A model generated the notes under the pieces. That model was not told where the DNA came from, did no database searches, and was given only the letters and a program-made list of their open reading frames with translations. A DNA stretch of 64,000 nt from Candidatus Bathyarchaeota archaeon (GTDB taxonomy: Archaea; Thermoproteota; Bathyarchaeia; Bathyarchaeales; Bathyarchaeaceae): NCBI GenBank assembly GCA_030608565.1, contig JAUWDY010000003.1, forward strand, positions 9,587 to 73,586, given 5' to 3'. Positions 34,301 through 42,043 of the stretch are shown one piece after another. The translations under genes were made by a program, and so were the position numbers. The stretch's first letter is position 1. Each line of letters begins with the position of its first letter.

Positions 34301-34835
34301 AGGTTGTGGAACATGCTCTGTCGAATGCCCCGCTGCTGCTATAACAATGCACTATTTCCGTGACGATCAGATTTCATCTATGATAGAGGCAGCCTTGAGC
34401 ACTAGGCCTCTAACGGACAAGCCTAGAGCCTTAGCGTTTTTCTGCAACTGGTGCGCCTATGCTGGTGCCGATATGGCAGGAGTAAGTAGGTTCGATTATC
34501 CACCAACAGCCGAAATCATTCGAGTCATGTGCTCAGGCAGAGTCAATGAAACCCATCTGCTTCAAGCCTTCTTGCAAGGGGCGGATGGAGTCCTTGTTGG
34601 TGGATGTCACCCGGGCACATGCCACTACATTTCCGGAAACTTGAAGGCTGAAGAACGAATAAGAAATGTGAAAAAATGGCTTGAAGAAGCAGGCTTGGAA
34701 CCTCAAAGACTTAGGTTAGAATGGGTGTCAGCTGGAGAGGGAAAGAAAATGGCAGAAGTTATGGAGGACTTTACAGCACAACTGGAAAAGCTGGGTCCAA
34801 GTCCCCTTAGGAAATTGCTGGAGGACAAACAATGA
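31398..34835 (+). CDS. hdrA: Giant HdrA-like flavo-iron-sulfur protein: truncated HdrA module + full HdrA module + MvhD/FlpD domain
   Basis: About 1145 aa from the GTG at 31398, with GGAG at 31383-31386; the ORF is open from 31215. Two dinucleotide folds (DILVIGGGIAG, SVLIIGGGVSG), one TFPTLDCSIC motif, four CxxCxxCxxxCP motifs, an HdrA N-domain (IGVFVCNCGINIG...VASCTPRTHE) in the middle, and a C-terminal FFCNWCAYAGAD...GGCHPGTCHY. Confidence 0.85.
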   Translation: MTNDILVIGGGIAGITAALNLAEQGHQVYLIEKEPSIGGRMAQLDKTFPTLDCSICILAPKMVEVSRHPNIHLFTCSEVEKVDPIDKGKTFRVKVKKRPRFVNEEKCTGCRLCTEKCPVKIPNEFEEKLGKRKAIYMPFPQAVPATAVIDEENCLYFTKGVCKVCQKFCPADAIDFEQKVEEIKLEVAAIVVATGFDLLDPSVLPQYGYGRFPNVLTSLEYERLMNAAGPTSGKILKVSDKKEPEKLAFIQCIGSRNENVKPYCSQICCTYATKEAIVTKEHNPKIDITIFYNDLRASGKGHQEFVRRATDEFGIKYVKGLPSEVQLDLKTNRLKIRYADLLKGEVEPTLVDMVVLCPAVVPKRDSQELAKTLGIGTTEYGFLKAVGTSAPVDTVIPGIYVCGACEGPKDISHTVAQASAASTTATSRTELVHAETKRINVEEKPVGKESRIGVFVCNCGINIGTVVDVPKVVESAKTLDDVVHAEELLFACSKDALEKIKDAIREYELNRVIVASCTPRTHEPLFRDTCEESGLNPYLFEMVNIREHDSWVHHKQPKEATEKAKDLVRMAVAKAKLLRPLKRLEADVTPSVLIIGGGVSGLVAAKAVADKGFKTYIVERESKLGGRRIESYAIPFEDLDAKVLLDPIINMVENHENIEVFLSARLKEVKGSIGNFDVALLQNGKPETLRVGAIIVAVGTEELRPKGLYGYGKNDNIVTLSELRQLARQKKLTGKEKIVMILCVGVREKEGRTYCSATCCAEALDCSLEIKEKYPEMQVYVLYRDIQLPLEGRKYYRKAHEKGINFIRYVPEKQPEVAFQGEKSIVEVDDVVAGIKLKITADKVALATPLIPRETNQDLAPKLKVPLNTQGFFLEAHPKLRPLDFATDGIYLCGTCHSPQNLSECIYQALGAASRALIPLMKGKVMNEPMIAEVNADLCVACANCEVVCEYGAIKVEGYAKVNPLLCKGCGTCSVECPAAAITMHYFRDDQISSMIEAALSTRPLTDKPRALAFFCNWCAYAGADMAGVSRFDYPPTAEIIRVMCSGRVNETHLLQAFLQGADGVLVGGCHPGTCHYISGNLKAEERIRNVKKWLEEAGLEPQRLRLEWVSAGEGKKMAEVMEDFTAQLEKLGPSPLRKLLEDKQ

Positions 34836-35350
34836 CAAAGGAGACTGTCCGAGCTTCAGAGCTTGATTCTGACTTCAAGTTTGAGGTCGCCAAGACCTAT
34901 GAGGGAAAAACAGTTCTTTGGTGTGTTCAGTGTGGCATGTGCACCTCCAACTGTCCTTATTCTGATGTCTTGGATGTGAAGCCACATCAAGTGATTAAAA
35001 TGGTTCTGTTGGGAATGAGAGAACAAGCCATTAGCTGCAAGTCGATCTGGTTATGCTCTACTTGTTTCATGTGTGCCGAAAGGTGTCCTCAGGGCGTGGA
35101 GCTTGGGAGAGTTATGTTTGCCCTAAAAAATATCGCTGCAAGAGAGAAAGGTGTTCCGGAAGGATTTAGGCTAGTTGGGCAACAAGTATTTCAAACTGGG
35201 CGTGCAATGGAAATTACCGCATTTCGTGAGAAAGAACGAGAGCGCTTGGAGCTACCAAAAACTCAGACCGATTCCGAAGACATAAAGAAACTGCTTAAAA
35301 AACTGAAGTTCGACAAACTTCTGAAAGATAAAGGAGACCAACAGTGGTGA
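34832..35350 (+). CDS. hdrC: Heterodisulfide reductase subunit C-like (2x[4Fe-4S])
   Basis: 172 aa with CVQCGMCTSNCP and CSTCFMCAERCP. It is coupled to hdrA by an ATGA overlap. Confidence 0.85.
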   Translation: MTKETVRASELDSDFKFEVAKTYEGKTVLWCVQCGMCTSNCPYSDVLDVKPHQVIKMVLLGMREQAISCKSIWLCSTCFMCAERCPQGVELGRVMFALKNIAAREKGVPEGFRLVGQQVFQTGRAMEITAFREKERERLELPKTQTDSEDIKKLLKKLKFDKLLKDKGDQQW

Positions 35351-36240
35351 AGTACTCTTATTTTCTAGGCTGCCAAGTTCCGGCTAGAGTAAACTACTGC
35401 GACCTAGCCACAAGAAGGGTTACCGAAGCTTTAGGAATAGAGTTGATTGATCTTCAAGGCGCTGGTTGTTGTGGCTGTTACCTCCGTTCCGTAGATTCCA
35501 GAGTTGCGCTTGCTCTAGCTTCAAGGATTCTAGCATTGTCTGACAAAACGGGTCTCGATTTGGTTGTGTTATGCAATAGCTGCTACTCCACCCTTGTTGA
35601 AACTAATGAATTTCTGAGAGAAAATCCGGAGTTGCGGACGGAGATTAATGAGTTGCTTGCTCCTCAAGATTTAGAATATAAAGGCAAAACCAAAGTGAAG
35701 GACATCATTCAAGTCTTCTATCATGATTACGGTCTCCACAAAATCAGCTCGAAAGTCACTAAATCTTTTGAGGGATTGAAAGTCGCTGTTCAGTACGGCT
35801 GTCACCTTCTCCGTCCTTCGAAGAGCACAAAGTTTGACAACCCGGAGGCACCACGTATTCTCGACGACCTAGTGGAGGTTACTAGGGCAAAAAGCATCTA
35901 CTGGCCCCTTAAACTTTGGTGCTGCGGCTTCCCAACACTCCCTATGAACAGAGAGATGGGCACAAGCCTAGCAAGAAACAAGCTTAGAGATGCAAAGGAT
36001 GCAGGAGCAGATTGCATGGTGACCACATGCCCTTCGTGCCAAATATCCTTCGATGTACTACAACCCAGCACTGCAAAACATTATGGAGAGGAATACAACC
36101 TTCCAGTATTGTACTATCCTCAACTCTTGGGGTTAGCCATGAACATGAGTTTCAAAGAAGTGGGCTTGCATCTGAATCGTGTTTCAACCAAACCCATCCT
36201 GCGCTTCATTGAAGAGAAACGAATTGAAGCCACTGCCTAA
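35344..36240 (+). CDS. hdrB: Heterodisulfide reductase subunit B-like (two CCG domains)
   Basis: 298 aa. The cysteine patterns LGCQ...GCCGC...CNSC and YGCH...WCCGFP...CPSC indicate two complete CCG motifs. Confidence 0.85.
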   Translation: MVKYSYFLGCQVPARVNYCDLATRRVTEALGIELIDLQGAGCCGCYLRSVDSRVALALASRILALSDKTGLDLVVLCNSCYSTLVETNEFLRENPELRTEINELLAPQDLEYKGKTKVKDIIQVFYHDYGLHKISSKVTKSFEGLKVAVQYGCHLLRPSKSTKFDNPEAPRILDDLVEVTRAKSIYWPLKLWCCGFPTLPMNREMGTSLARNKLRDAKDAGADCMVTTCPSCQISFDVLQPSTAKHYGEEYNLPVLYYPQLLGLAMNMSFKEVGLHLNRVSTKPILRFIEEKRIEATA

Positions 36241-36372
36241 GTTAGAGCTATCATTCTTTTGACCCGTGCGAACAATAAAACTGGCACAGGGAAAAAGGTT
36301 GACAAATTTTCTGAAAAGTATCTGGTAGCTCTATCTGCCAAACGGACCCGAAGACATGAAATTTCTGAGTTG

Positions 36373-37146
36373 TTAGACAGATTGACGGTATCCTGCTCTC
36401 TCCATGATTTTTTTCAACGAACCATATGCCTGGGATGTAGAGGGCAATTCAAGTAGAGATTTTCCAGACAATGAGTAGTTTTCAACTTCCTTGTCGTAGG
36501 TGATTCTGCCCAAAAATTCTAACGAGGTTCTTTTTCTAGCTTCTGTGTCCAGGGTTTCTGGAAATCGATAGCCCCCGACGACATAGAAGTTCTGGAAGTT
36601 TATCTCTATCTCTCTTGCAATTTTGTGTGCTCTTTCTATATGGGCAAAGGATTTTTTGGATGGGTCTATTATGTCAAATATATCGTTTATTTCAGCGGCG
36701 ATTCTTCTGTTGAGATGCTCCAGTCCAGCTGGCGAATCAATGAGAATATAACGGTATGTCTTGGCCAAACCTTCCAGAGCTTTTTTTAACGCCGCGTCAG
36801 GAAGACAATAACAACCTGCGATGAACTTCGTTCCAACTGCGATCAAATCAAAGGAATCTCCTTCGTATAATCCTTTGTCCCAAATTTTGCTTTCTATCCT
36901 TTCTGATGGAGGTATTCCAACAGTGGTCCCTCCCTCCTTCAGAAAAGTTGTAATCAACAATTCAGATATTGTCTTCTTCCCTTCTTCTTTAAGATCTACC
37001 CCGACCATTTCTCCCAGATTTTGGTCAGGATCTACATCCACGAGAAGCAAGGGGGTATGGCCAATTTCAATGAAATATTTTGTCATAAGCGCGACAAAAC
37101 TTGTTTTGCCGCTGCCGCCCCTACCCATAACGACAATCTTTTTCAT
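36373..37146 (-). CDS. CooC/AcsF-family Ni-insertion ATPase (divergent paralogue)
   Basis: 257 aa. It has the P-loop MGRGGSGKTS, VDVDPDQNLG, the CxC motif AGCYCLP and DSPAGLEHLNRR. Confidence 0.7.
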   Translation of the reverse strand: MKKIVVMGRGGSGKTSFVALMTKYFIEIGHTPLLLVDVDPDQNLGEMVGVDLKEEGKKTISELLITTFLKEGGTTVGIPPSERIESKIWDKGLYEGDSFDLIAVGTKFIAGCYCLPDAALKKALEGLAKTYRYILIDSPAGLEHLNRRIAAEINDIFDIIDPSKKSFAHIERAHKIAREIEINFQNFYVVGGYRFPETLDTEARKRTSLEFLGRITYDKEVENYSLSGKSLLELPSTSQAYGSLKKIMERAGYRQSV

Positions 37147-37274
37147 GTATTGCCCCCTCCAAAAATTATCAGCTTCCTATATATATTTAGCACGTTTTCT
37201 TGTCATAATGTTAAATAACAGGGGATTGGAGTCTAACATCTGAGTGGGATCTAAACAATAGCGAGGTTGCGGGG

Positions 37275-39134
37275 TTGCAGGAGATGACAGACCTCATAAA
37301 AATTTTTTTTGACCCGATGAATAAGGAGGTTGAAGTGAAGCGAGGCACAATGCTGCTCGATGCGATAAGAGAGGCGGGTATAAGAATCGAGAGCATATGT
37401 GGTGGAAAAGGCGAATGTGGAAAATGCAGGGTAATTCTCGTTAAAGGTGAAGTCTCCCGTTTATCGACCAAATGTGAAAATTTTCTCTCTCCTCAGGAGA
37501 TATCAGAGGGTCACCGTCTCGCCTGTCAGATTCGCGTCCTGAATGACAGCGAGTTTATAATCCCTGTGGAAAGCCTAGTGGTCAACCCTAAGATACTTAC
37601 TAGTACGGAAATGGGTATTGAAAGACTTGATCCCGCATCGAAAAAATATCTTGTGACTCTGCTACCACCCACTCGACATGACGAACCCCACGCGATCAAG
37701 CTTAAGGGCTACTCTGGTCCAATGCCAAAGGTAAGCGACGATATCTATAACAGCCTTCTTTCAATGGACCCTGAACAGCTTATAACCGCAACCTTGAGCA
37801 GGACAAATACCCCTCCAGAAGTCATCAACATCGAGTCAGGCGATAGAACCAGTTCAAACTATGGTCTTGCCATCGATGTTGGAACAACCACAATCGTTGC
37901 ACTCCTTTCTGACCTGACGAGCGGGCAGGTTTTAGGCGAAGCCTCTACGTTGAACAAGCAGATCACGTACGGAGAAACGCTTCTCGCAAGGATTGCTTTT
38001 TCACGCAAAGCTCATGGCGGATTGCAAAAGCTTCAACAGGCAGTTGCCCAAAGCATAAATGACCTCTTAAACAGGCTTACATCAAACGCCGGAATCAAGA
38101 ATGACGAAATAACAAGCATTTCCGCGGGTGGAAATACTGTTATGAACCATCTTTTAGCGGGGATAGACGTAGACTATCTTTGGTTTGTGGATGCGAATGA
38201 TAAGGTCTCTAGGGGCCCTATTATTAAAAAAGCGAAGGACATTGGACTCCACACAAACCCGGAGGCTAATGTCTATTGTCTTCCCAACGTAAGTCGATTC
38301 TTGGGAGGAGATGCCACCGGTGACGTAATAGCCTCTGAAATGTACAATTCTGATGAAATATCTCTTCTGGTTGATATGGGAACAAACGGGGAGATTATCC
38401 TCGGCAACAAGAATTGGCTAGTATCATGTTCCGTCGCATCTGGTCCCGCTTTCGAAGGAGCGGGCGTCAGATTTGGGATGCGCGGGATGCAAGGTGGAAT
38501 AGAACATGTTAAAATCAACCCGGAATCCTTTGAGGCGGAGTACACGGTTATCGGGAACACACTTCCGAAGGGCATCTGCGGCTCAGGCATTATCGACGCT
38601 GCGGCGGAAATGTTTTCTGTCGGCATTCTCGATTTCGGGGGAAAAATTGTTGAGGGCAGAACGCCTCTCGTTAGAAAGGGAAGAGACGGGTTGGAGTACG
38701 TCATGGTTCCTGCGGAGAAAACGGCGATCAGTCGAGACATAGTAATAACGCAGCGTGACATGGATTACATCATGGACTCGAAGGGAGCCACCTGCGGTGG
38801 GATAATGGTTTTAATGAGGAAATTCAAACTCTCCATCTACGATGTCAAGAACTTCTATCTTGCAGGAGCCTTCGGTGCATACACTGATCTGAAAAACGCG
38901 ACAAAGCTTGGAATATTCCCTGAATTTCCGAACGCGAAGACTCGCCCAATTGGAAACGGTTCGCTTTCAGGTGCATACGTGACGCTGCTATCGATGACGA
39001 AGCGAGATGAAGCGAACGCCATAGCACGGAATATGTTGTACGTCGACCTTCTTGTGGATGTCATGTTCGCGGAAACGTACTCTGAGGCAATCTACATTCC
39101 GGGCCCTAAGGAACTCTTCCCAAGCTATGCGTAA
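37275..39134 (+). CDS. RACo-type reductive activator of corrinoid Fe-S protein ([2Fe-2S] ferredoxin + ASKHA ATPase, DUF4445)
   Basis: 619 aa. It has an N-terminal plant-type ferredoxin (ICGGKGECGKCRV...LACQ), LAIDVGTTTIV and VDMGTNGEI actin-fold phosphate motifs, and CGSGIIDA. The likely ATG is at 37284. Confidence 0.8.
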   Translation: MQEMTDLIKIFFDPMNKEVEVKRGTMLLDAIREAGIRIESICGGKGECGKCRVILVKGEVSRLSTKCENFLSPQEISEGHRLACQIRVLNDSEFIIPVESLVVNPKILTSTEMGIERLDPASKKYLVTLLPPTRHDEPHAIKLKGYSGPMPKVSDDIYNSLLSMDPEQLITATLSRTNTPPEVINIESGDRTSSNYGLAIDVGTTTIVALLSDLTSGQVLGEASTLNKQITYGETLLARIAFSRKAHGGLQKLQQAVAQSINDLLNRLTSNAGIKNDEITSISAGGNTVMNHLLAGIDVDYLWFVDANDKVSRGPIIKKAKDIGLHTNPEANVYCLPNVSRFLGGDATGDVIASEMYNSDEISLLVDMGTNGEIILGNKNWLVSCSVASGPAFEGAGVRFGMRGMQGGIEHVKINPESFEAEYTVIGNTLPKGICGSGIIDAAAEMFSVGILDFGGKIVEGRTPLVRKGRDGLEYVMVPAEKTAISRDIVITQRDMDYIMDSKGATCGGIMVLMRKFKLSIYDVKNFYLAGAFGAYTDLKNATKLGIFPEFPNAKTRPIGNGSLSGAYVTLLSMTKRDEANAIARNMLYVDLLVDVMFAETYSEAIYIPGPKELFPSYA

Positions 39135-39300
39135 TATAAAGAGTTGGTTCCCAGAAAATGCAATGTAGAGAAAAAACTCAAAACTCGTTCAAATGACTCG
39201 TGGTTGGCCGATCTTAGTCAATACGGCTTCATTGCAGCGAGAAATTTTGACGCTCAAACTCTGATCTGTGCAATTCGTGAGGAAACACTTCTTTTTATTA

Positions 39301-40809
39301 TTACTCCTTCGCTTCCTCTTTCGGGGGCCATGTCTCGTCCAAGAATTTTGCTATTCCTGATGAATCCATCGGACCTACCACAATGCGCCAACCAGGCATG
39401 CCAACGTTCTTAAGCTCGTCCTCTATCGCCCCGCTTAACCTAGCCGCCCTACCCGGTATTATTAGGTGCTTATGCTTGATCTTCTCTGCTACTCCTGACT
39501 TCTTAACAGTCTCTGCGATCAATTCTGCTGTCAGATACCTTCCGGCTACGGCACTTTCAACGCTGATCCCTTCAGTATCAGCTACAACTAGGTAATAGTC
39601 CCCGCCAAATTTCTTCAGATCAGACTCGACTGTAAAGTACGTTAGGGCGTAGTTGGTGGTTAACATCAATGGAGACATCTCATCGGGCTTCCCAAATGTG
39701 AACAGTCCAGAATCAACTGCAACCGGCTTCCTAGGGTCCGTGTAGATGTTGAACCTCCATATAACAGTTGGCAGTTGAACCCATCCGTCCAAGCTATGCA
39801 TTATTAATACGTCAGCATATCTAGACATGAGAATGCCAGCAATGTACGCTTCCTTCCACGCCAGCGTCTCCTTTGAATCTTTCCCGCCGAGCCAAGCTGT
39901 GATAGGCGTCCCAATAAGCGGAAAGCCGCATAGATCATCCCCGCCTTTACACGCATTTCTTCTAATCATAGTGAAATTGTTGACGGTGTCCGATAGTCCT
40001 TCATCAGCGAATGTTCCCGGATCGAGTACTAGATCCTCAACTCCATACTCGATCAAGGTTTTTACTAGAGACCTTAGAAGATCGAGGTCGTTTGGAGCAA
40101 GGACGCTTAAGGGGCAGTTGTACATCAGCGCTAGCTCAGCCATGCTTTTCCAGTTGTCCTTCGTTGCCGCGTAAAGTAGTGGCCTCCTGTCCTGAACCAC
40201 GACTAGCCCAGCTTCCATAACGTTTGGGTCTAACGTACATAGAATGAGCGGGAATTTCGTGACCTTGGCAACGTTCTCTACGGCAGATTTGAAGATTGTT
40301 GGGTCATTCGATGTCGACCTGATGGCTGTCATATCGAGAGTGAGGTCCCTCCCAATGTAGTTATACAAGAAATTCTCTACTCGCTTTACCCTATCGATGA
40401 GAGCTTCCTCTCCGGAGAATCTTGCGTGTAGCGGCATTTCATCGGTTACATCAAAGGCTAGTGCCACTGGGTTGTGGTAGGTGAACTCGTGGCGGTACAT
40501 AACCAGCTTACCGCCTATTTTGATCGAGTGGTCTCCCGTACCGATGGTGATCTTTCTAATCACCGGCGCCAGCGTCTCTTGGAGTTTCTTGTACGCCTTT
40601 TCGTGCTCTTTTTTCAGAATCGGGGGACACCTTTCTAAAGTGACCTCTCTATTGACCAGCTTGGCCGCGAAGGCCATGCAATTTGGTTCTCCGCACTCCT
40701 CACAATTCGTCCTAGGAAGTAGCATATATACGTCGATGGGACTAAGTTTTGTTACGCCCTTCTTGACTTCCCTCTCAGTCATGCTCATCCTCCCCTTTGA
40801 TTCTTGCAT
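39301..40809 (-). CDS. cdhE: CODH/ACS gamma subunit (corrinoid Fe-S protein large subunit)
   Basis: 502 aa with the N-terminal [4Fe-4S] motif LLPRTNCEECGEPNCMAFAAKL. It is last in the cdh operon. Alternative starts lie at 40788 and 40782. Confidence 0.9.
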   Translation of the reverse strand: MQESKGRMSMTEREVKKGVTKLSPIDVYMLLPRTNCEECGEPNCMAFAAKLVNREVTLERCPPILKKEHEKAYKKLQETLAPVIRKITIGTGDHSIKIGGKLVMYRHEFTYHNPVALAFDVTDEMPLHARFSGEEALIDRVKRVENFLYNYIGRDLTLDMTAIRSTSNDPTIFKSAVENVAKVTKFPLILCTLDPNVMEAGLVVVQDRRPLLYAATKDNWKSMAELALMYNCPLSVLAPNDLDLLRSLVKTLIEYGVEDLVLDPGTFADEGLSDTVNNFTMIRRNACKGGDDLCGFPLIGTPITAWLGGKDSKETLAWKEAYIAGILMSRYADVLIMHSLDGWVQLPTVIWRFNIYTDPRKPVAVDSGLFTFGKPDEMSPLMLTTNYALTYFTVESDLKKFGGDYYLVVADTEGISVESAVAGRYLTAELIAETVKKSGVAEKIKHKHLIIPGRAARLSGAIEDELKNVGMPGWRIVVGPMDSSGIAKFLDETWPPKEEAKE

Positions 40810-42043
40810 TCACCCAATTAACTATCTTATGGGGGTCAGCCTTACCTCTACTCGTTAACTGCTGTATGACTTTTCTCATAGTCCTAATGGCGTCTGGGTG
40901 CATCATCATGAACACGTCAACTCCAGCCAAGAGTAGAGTCAGCGCAGTTGTCGTCTCCCATAGTGGGCCCCTAAGCCTTCTCGGCTCCCACTCTGGACCA
41001 AGCTTCATCCAAGTTTCTCTTGCGGCCCAAGCGTTCGTGGTCCCGGCTAGTACCGGGTGCTGAAGCTCCGAGTCTCCCATCAACGCCGCCATTCTAGCTC
41101 GCTCGTGAATGGTAAATGAATACTCAAGTCCATAGCCTAGGGCAGCCGTCGTCAAGTCCATTAATATCCTATCCTCGGGCACATAATCGTAGAGTTTCCT
41201 GTTCAGCTCCTTAGCCCGATTCAAATCCAAGGCTGTGAATGCCAGCACTAAATGTCCATATTTCCCAGCTGCTTTTGCCACGCCTTCGAGGACGCCAGCA
41301 TCACCCATGTCCAATGTAACAGAGCTAAACAAAACTCTCTCACCCTCAGCCACCTCAGCAACTTTCATAAAAACCTCAGCATCCTTCCTCGGATCCCCAC
41401 AACCTCCAATGATAAGAGGAACATCCACTGCCTGCAGCACCTCCTCCACAGTTTTTGCCGCCTTCGCCGGTGGTGTATCCTCAATAAGCGGGTCCGTGCT
41501 CAGTAAATGCACTGTGATCAAGTCGGCCCCCCACTTGTCAACTGCTATCTTAGCCCACGCAGCAGGGTCACCCCAAAACTCCTCGACATACATTCTTATA
41601 GCCTTTGGAAGCCGTACTTTCATATCAAACGTATCAATAGCAATTACAGGTGGATGTGGAGGAGCTTTCTCGAACAGGTAGAACGCCGGAGTGATTGCAC
41701 CTCCGATCACGACCGTTTTGCCGCGACTACCTCCCTCACTCTTAGTAGCCCCAAGCTTTACTTCTCCAATCTGCCCAGGATATTCTTGGACAAAAGGAGT
41801 GAACGGAGCTTCCAAAATTGTTGTAGGCTTTACCTTTGGCGGCGCAAGCACTGCAGGCGGTGTAATAACTCTTGGAGTAGCAACAGTTGCAGCTGACGGC
41901 TGTAAGATAAGTTCCCCAATACTCAGTTCCACGTCTTCGAGTTCAATTTCTCTTTTACCTTCTATGCCTAAAAGTCTCAGTAGCCCGGCGAGTTCGATTG
42001 CAGCCGCTTTATCCTTCTCTCCTTTTTCTCCCAAGGTTTTCAC
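40775..42043 (-). CDS. cdhD: CODH/ACS delta subunit (corrinoid Fe-S protein small subunit)
   Basis: 422 aa. The GTG start overlaps the cdhC stop (GTGA). It has a TIM-barrel-like pterin-binding region (ITVHLLSTDP...PLIIGGCGDP). Confidence 0.85.
   Translation of the reverse strand: MKTLGEKGEKDKAAAIELAGLLRLLGIEGKREIELEDVELSIGELILQPSAATVATPRVITPPAVLAPPKVKPTTILEAPFTPFVQEYPGQIGEVKLGATKSEGGSRGKTVVIGGAITPAFYLFEKAPPHPPVIAIDTFDMKVRLPKAIRMYVEEFWGDPAAWAKIAVDKWGADLITVHLLSTDPLIEDTPPAKAAKTVEEVLQAVDVPLIIGGCGDPRKDAEVFMKVAEVAEGERVLFSSVTLDMGDAGVLEGVAKAAGKYGHLVLAFTALDLNRAKELNRKLYDYVPEDRILMDLTTAALGYGLEYSFTIHERARMAALMGDSELQHPVLAGTTNAWAARETWMKLGPEWEPRRLRGPLWETTTALTLLLAGVDVFMMMHPDAIRTMRKVIQQLTSRGKADPHKIVNWVNARIKGEDEHD

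Noticed and set aside
31398-36240. In-frame UGA/UAG recoding (selenocysteine or pyrrolysine) in hdrA, mvhD-like or cdh genes
   Set aside because: All of these ORFs are continuous without internal stops, and cysteine occupies the positions where Sec variants are known. There is no evidence for recoding.
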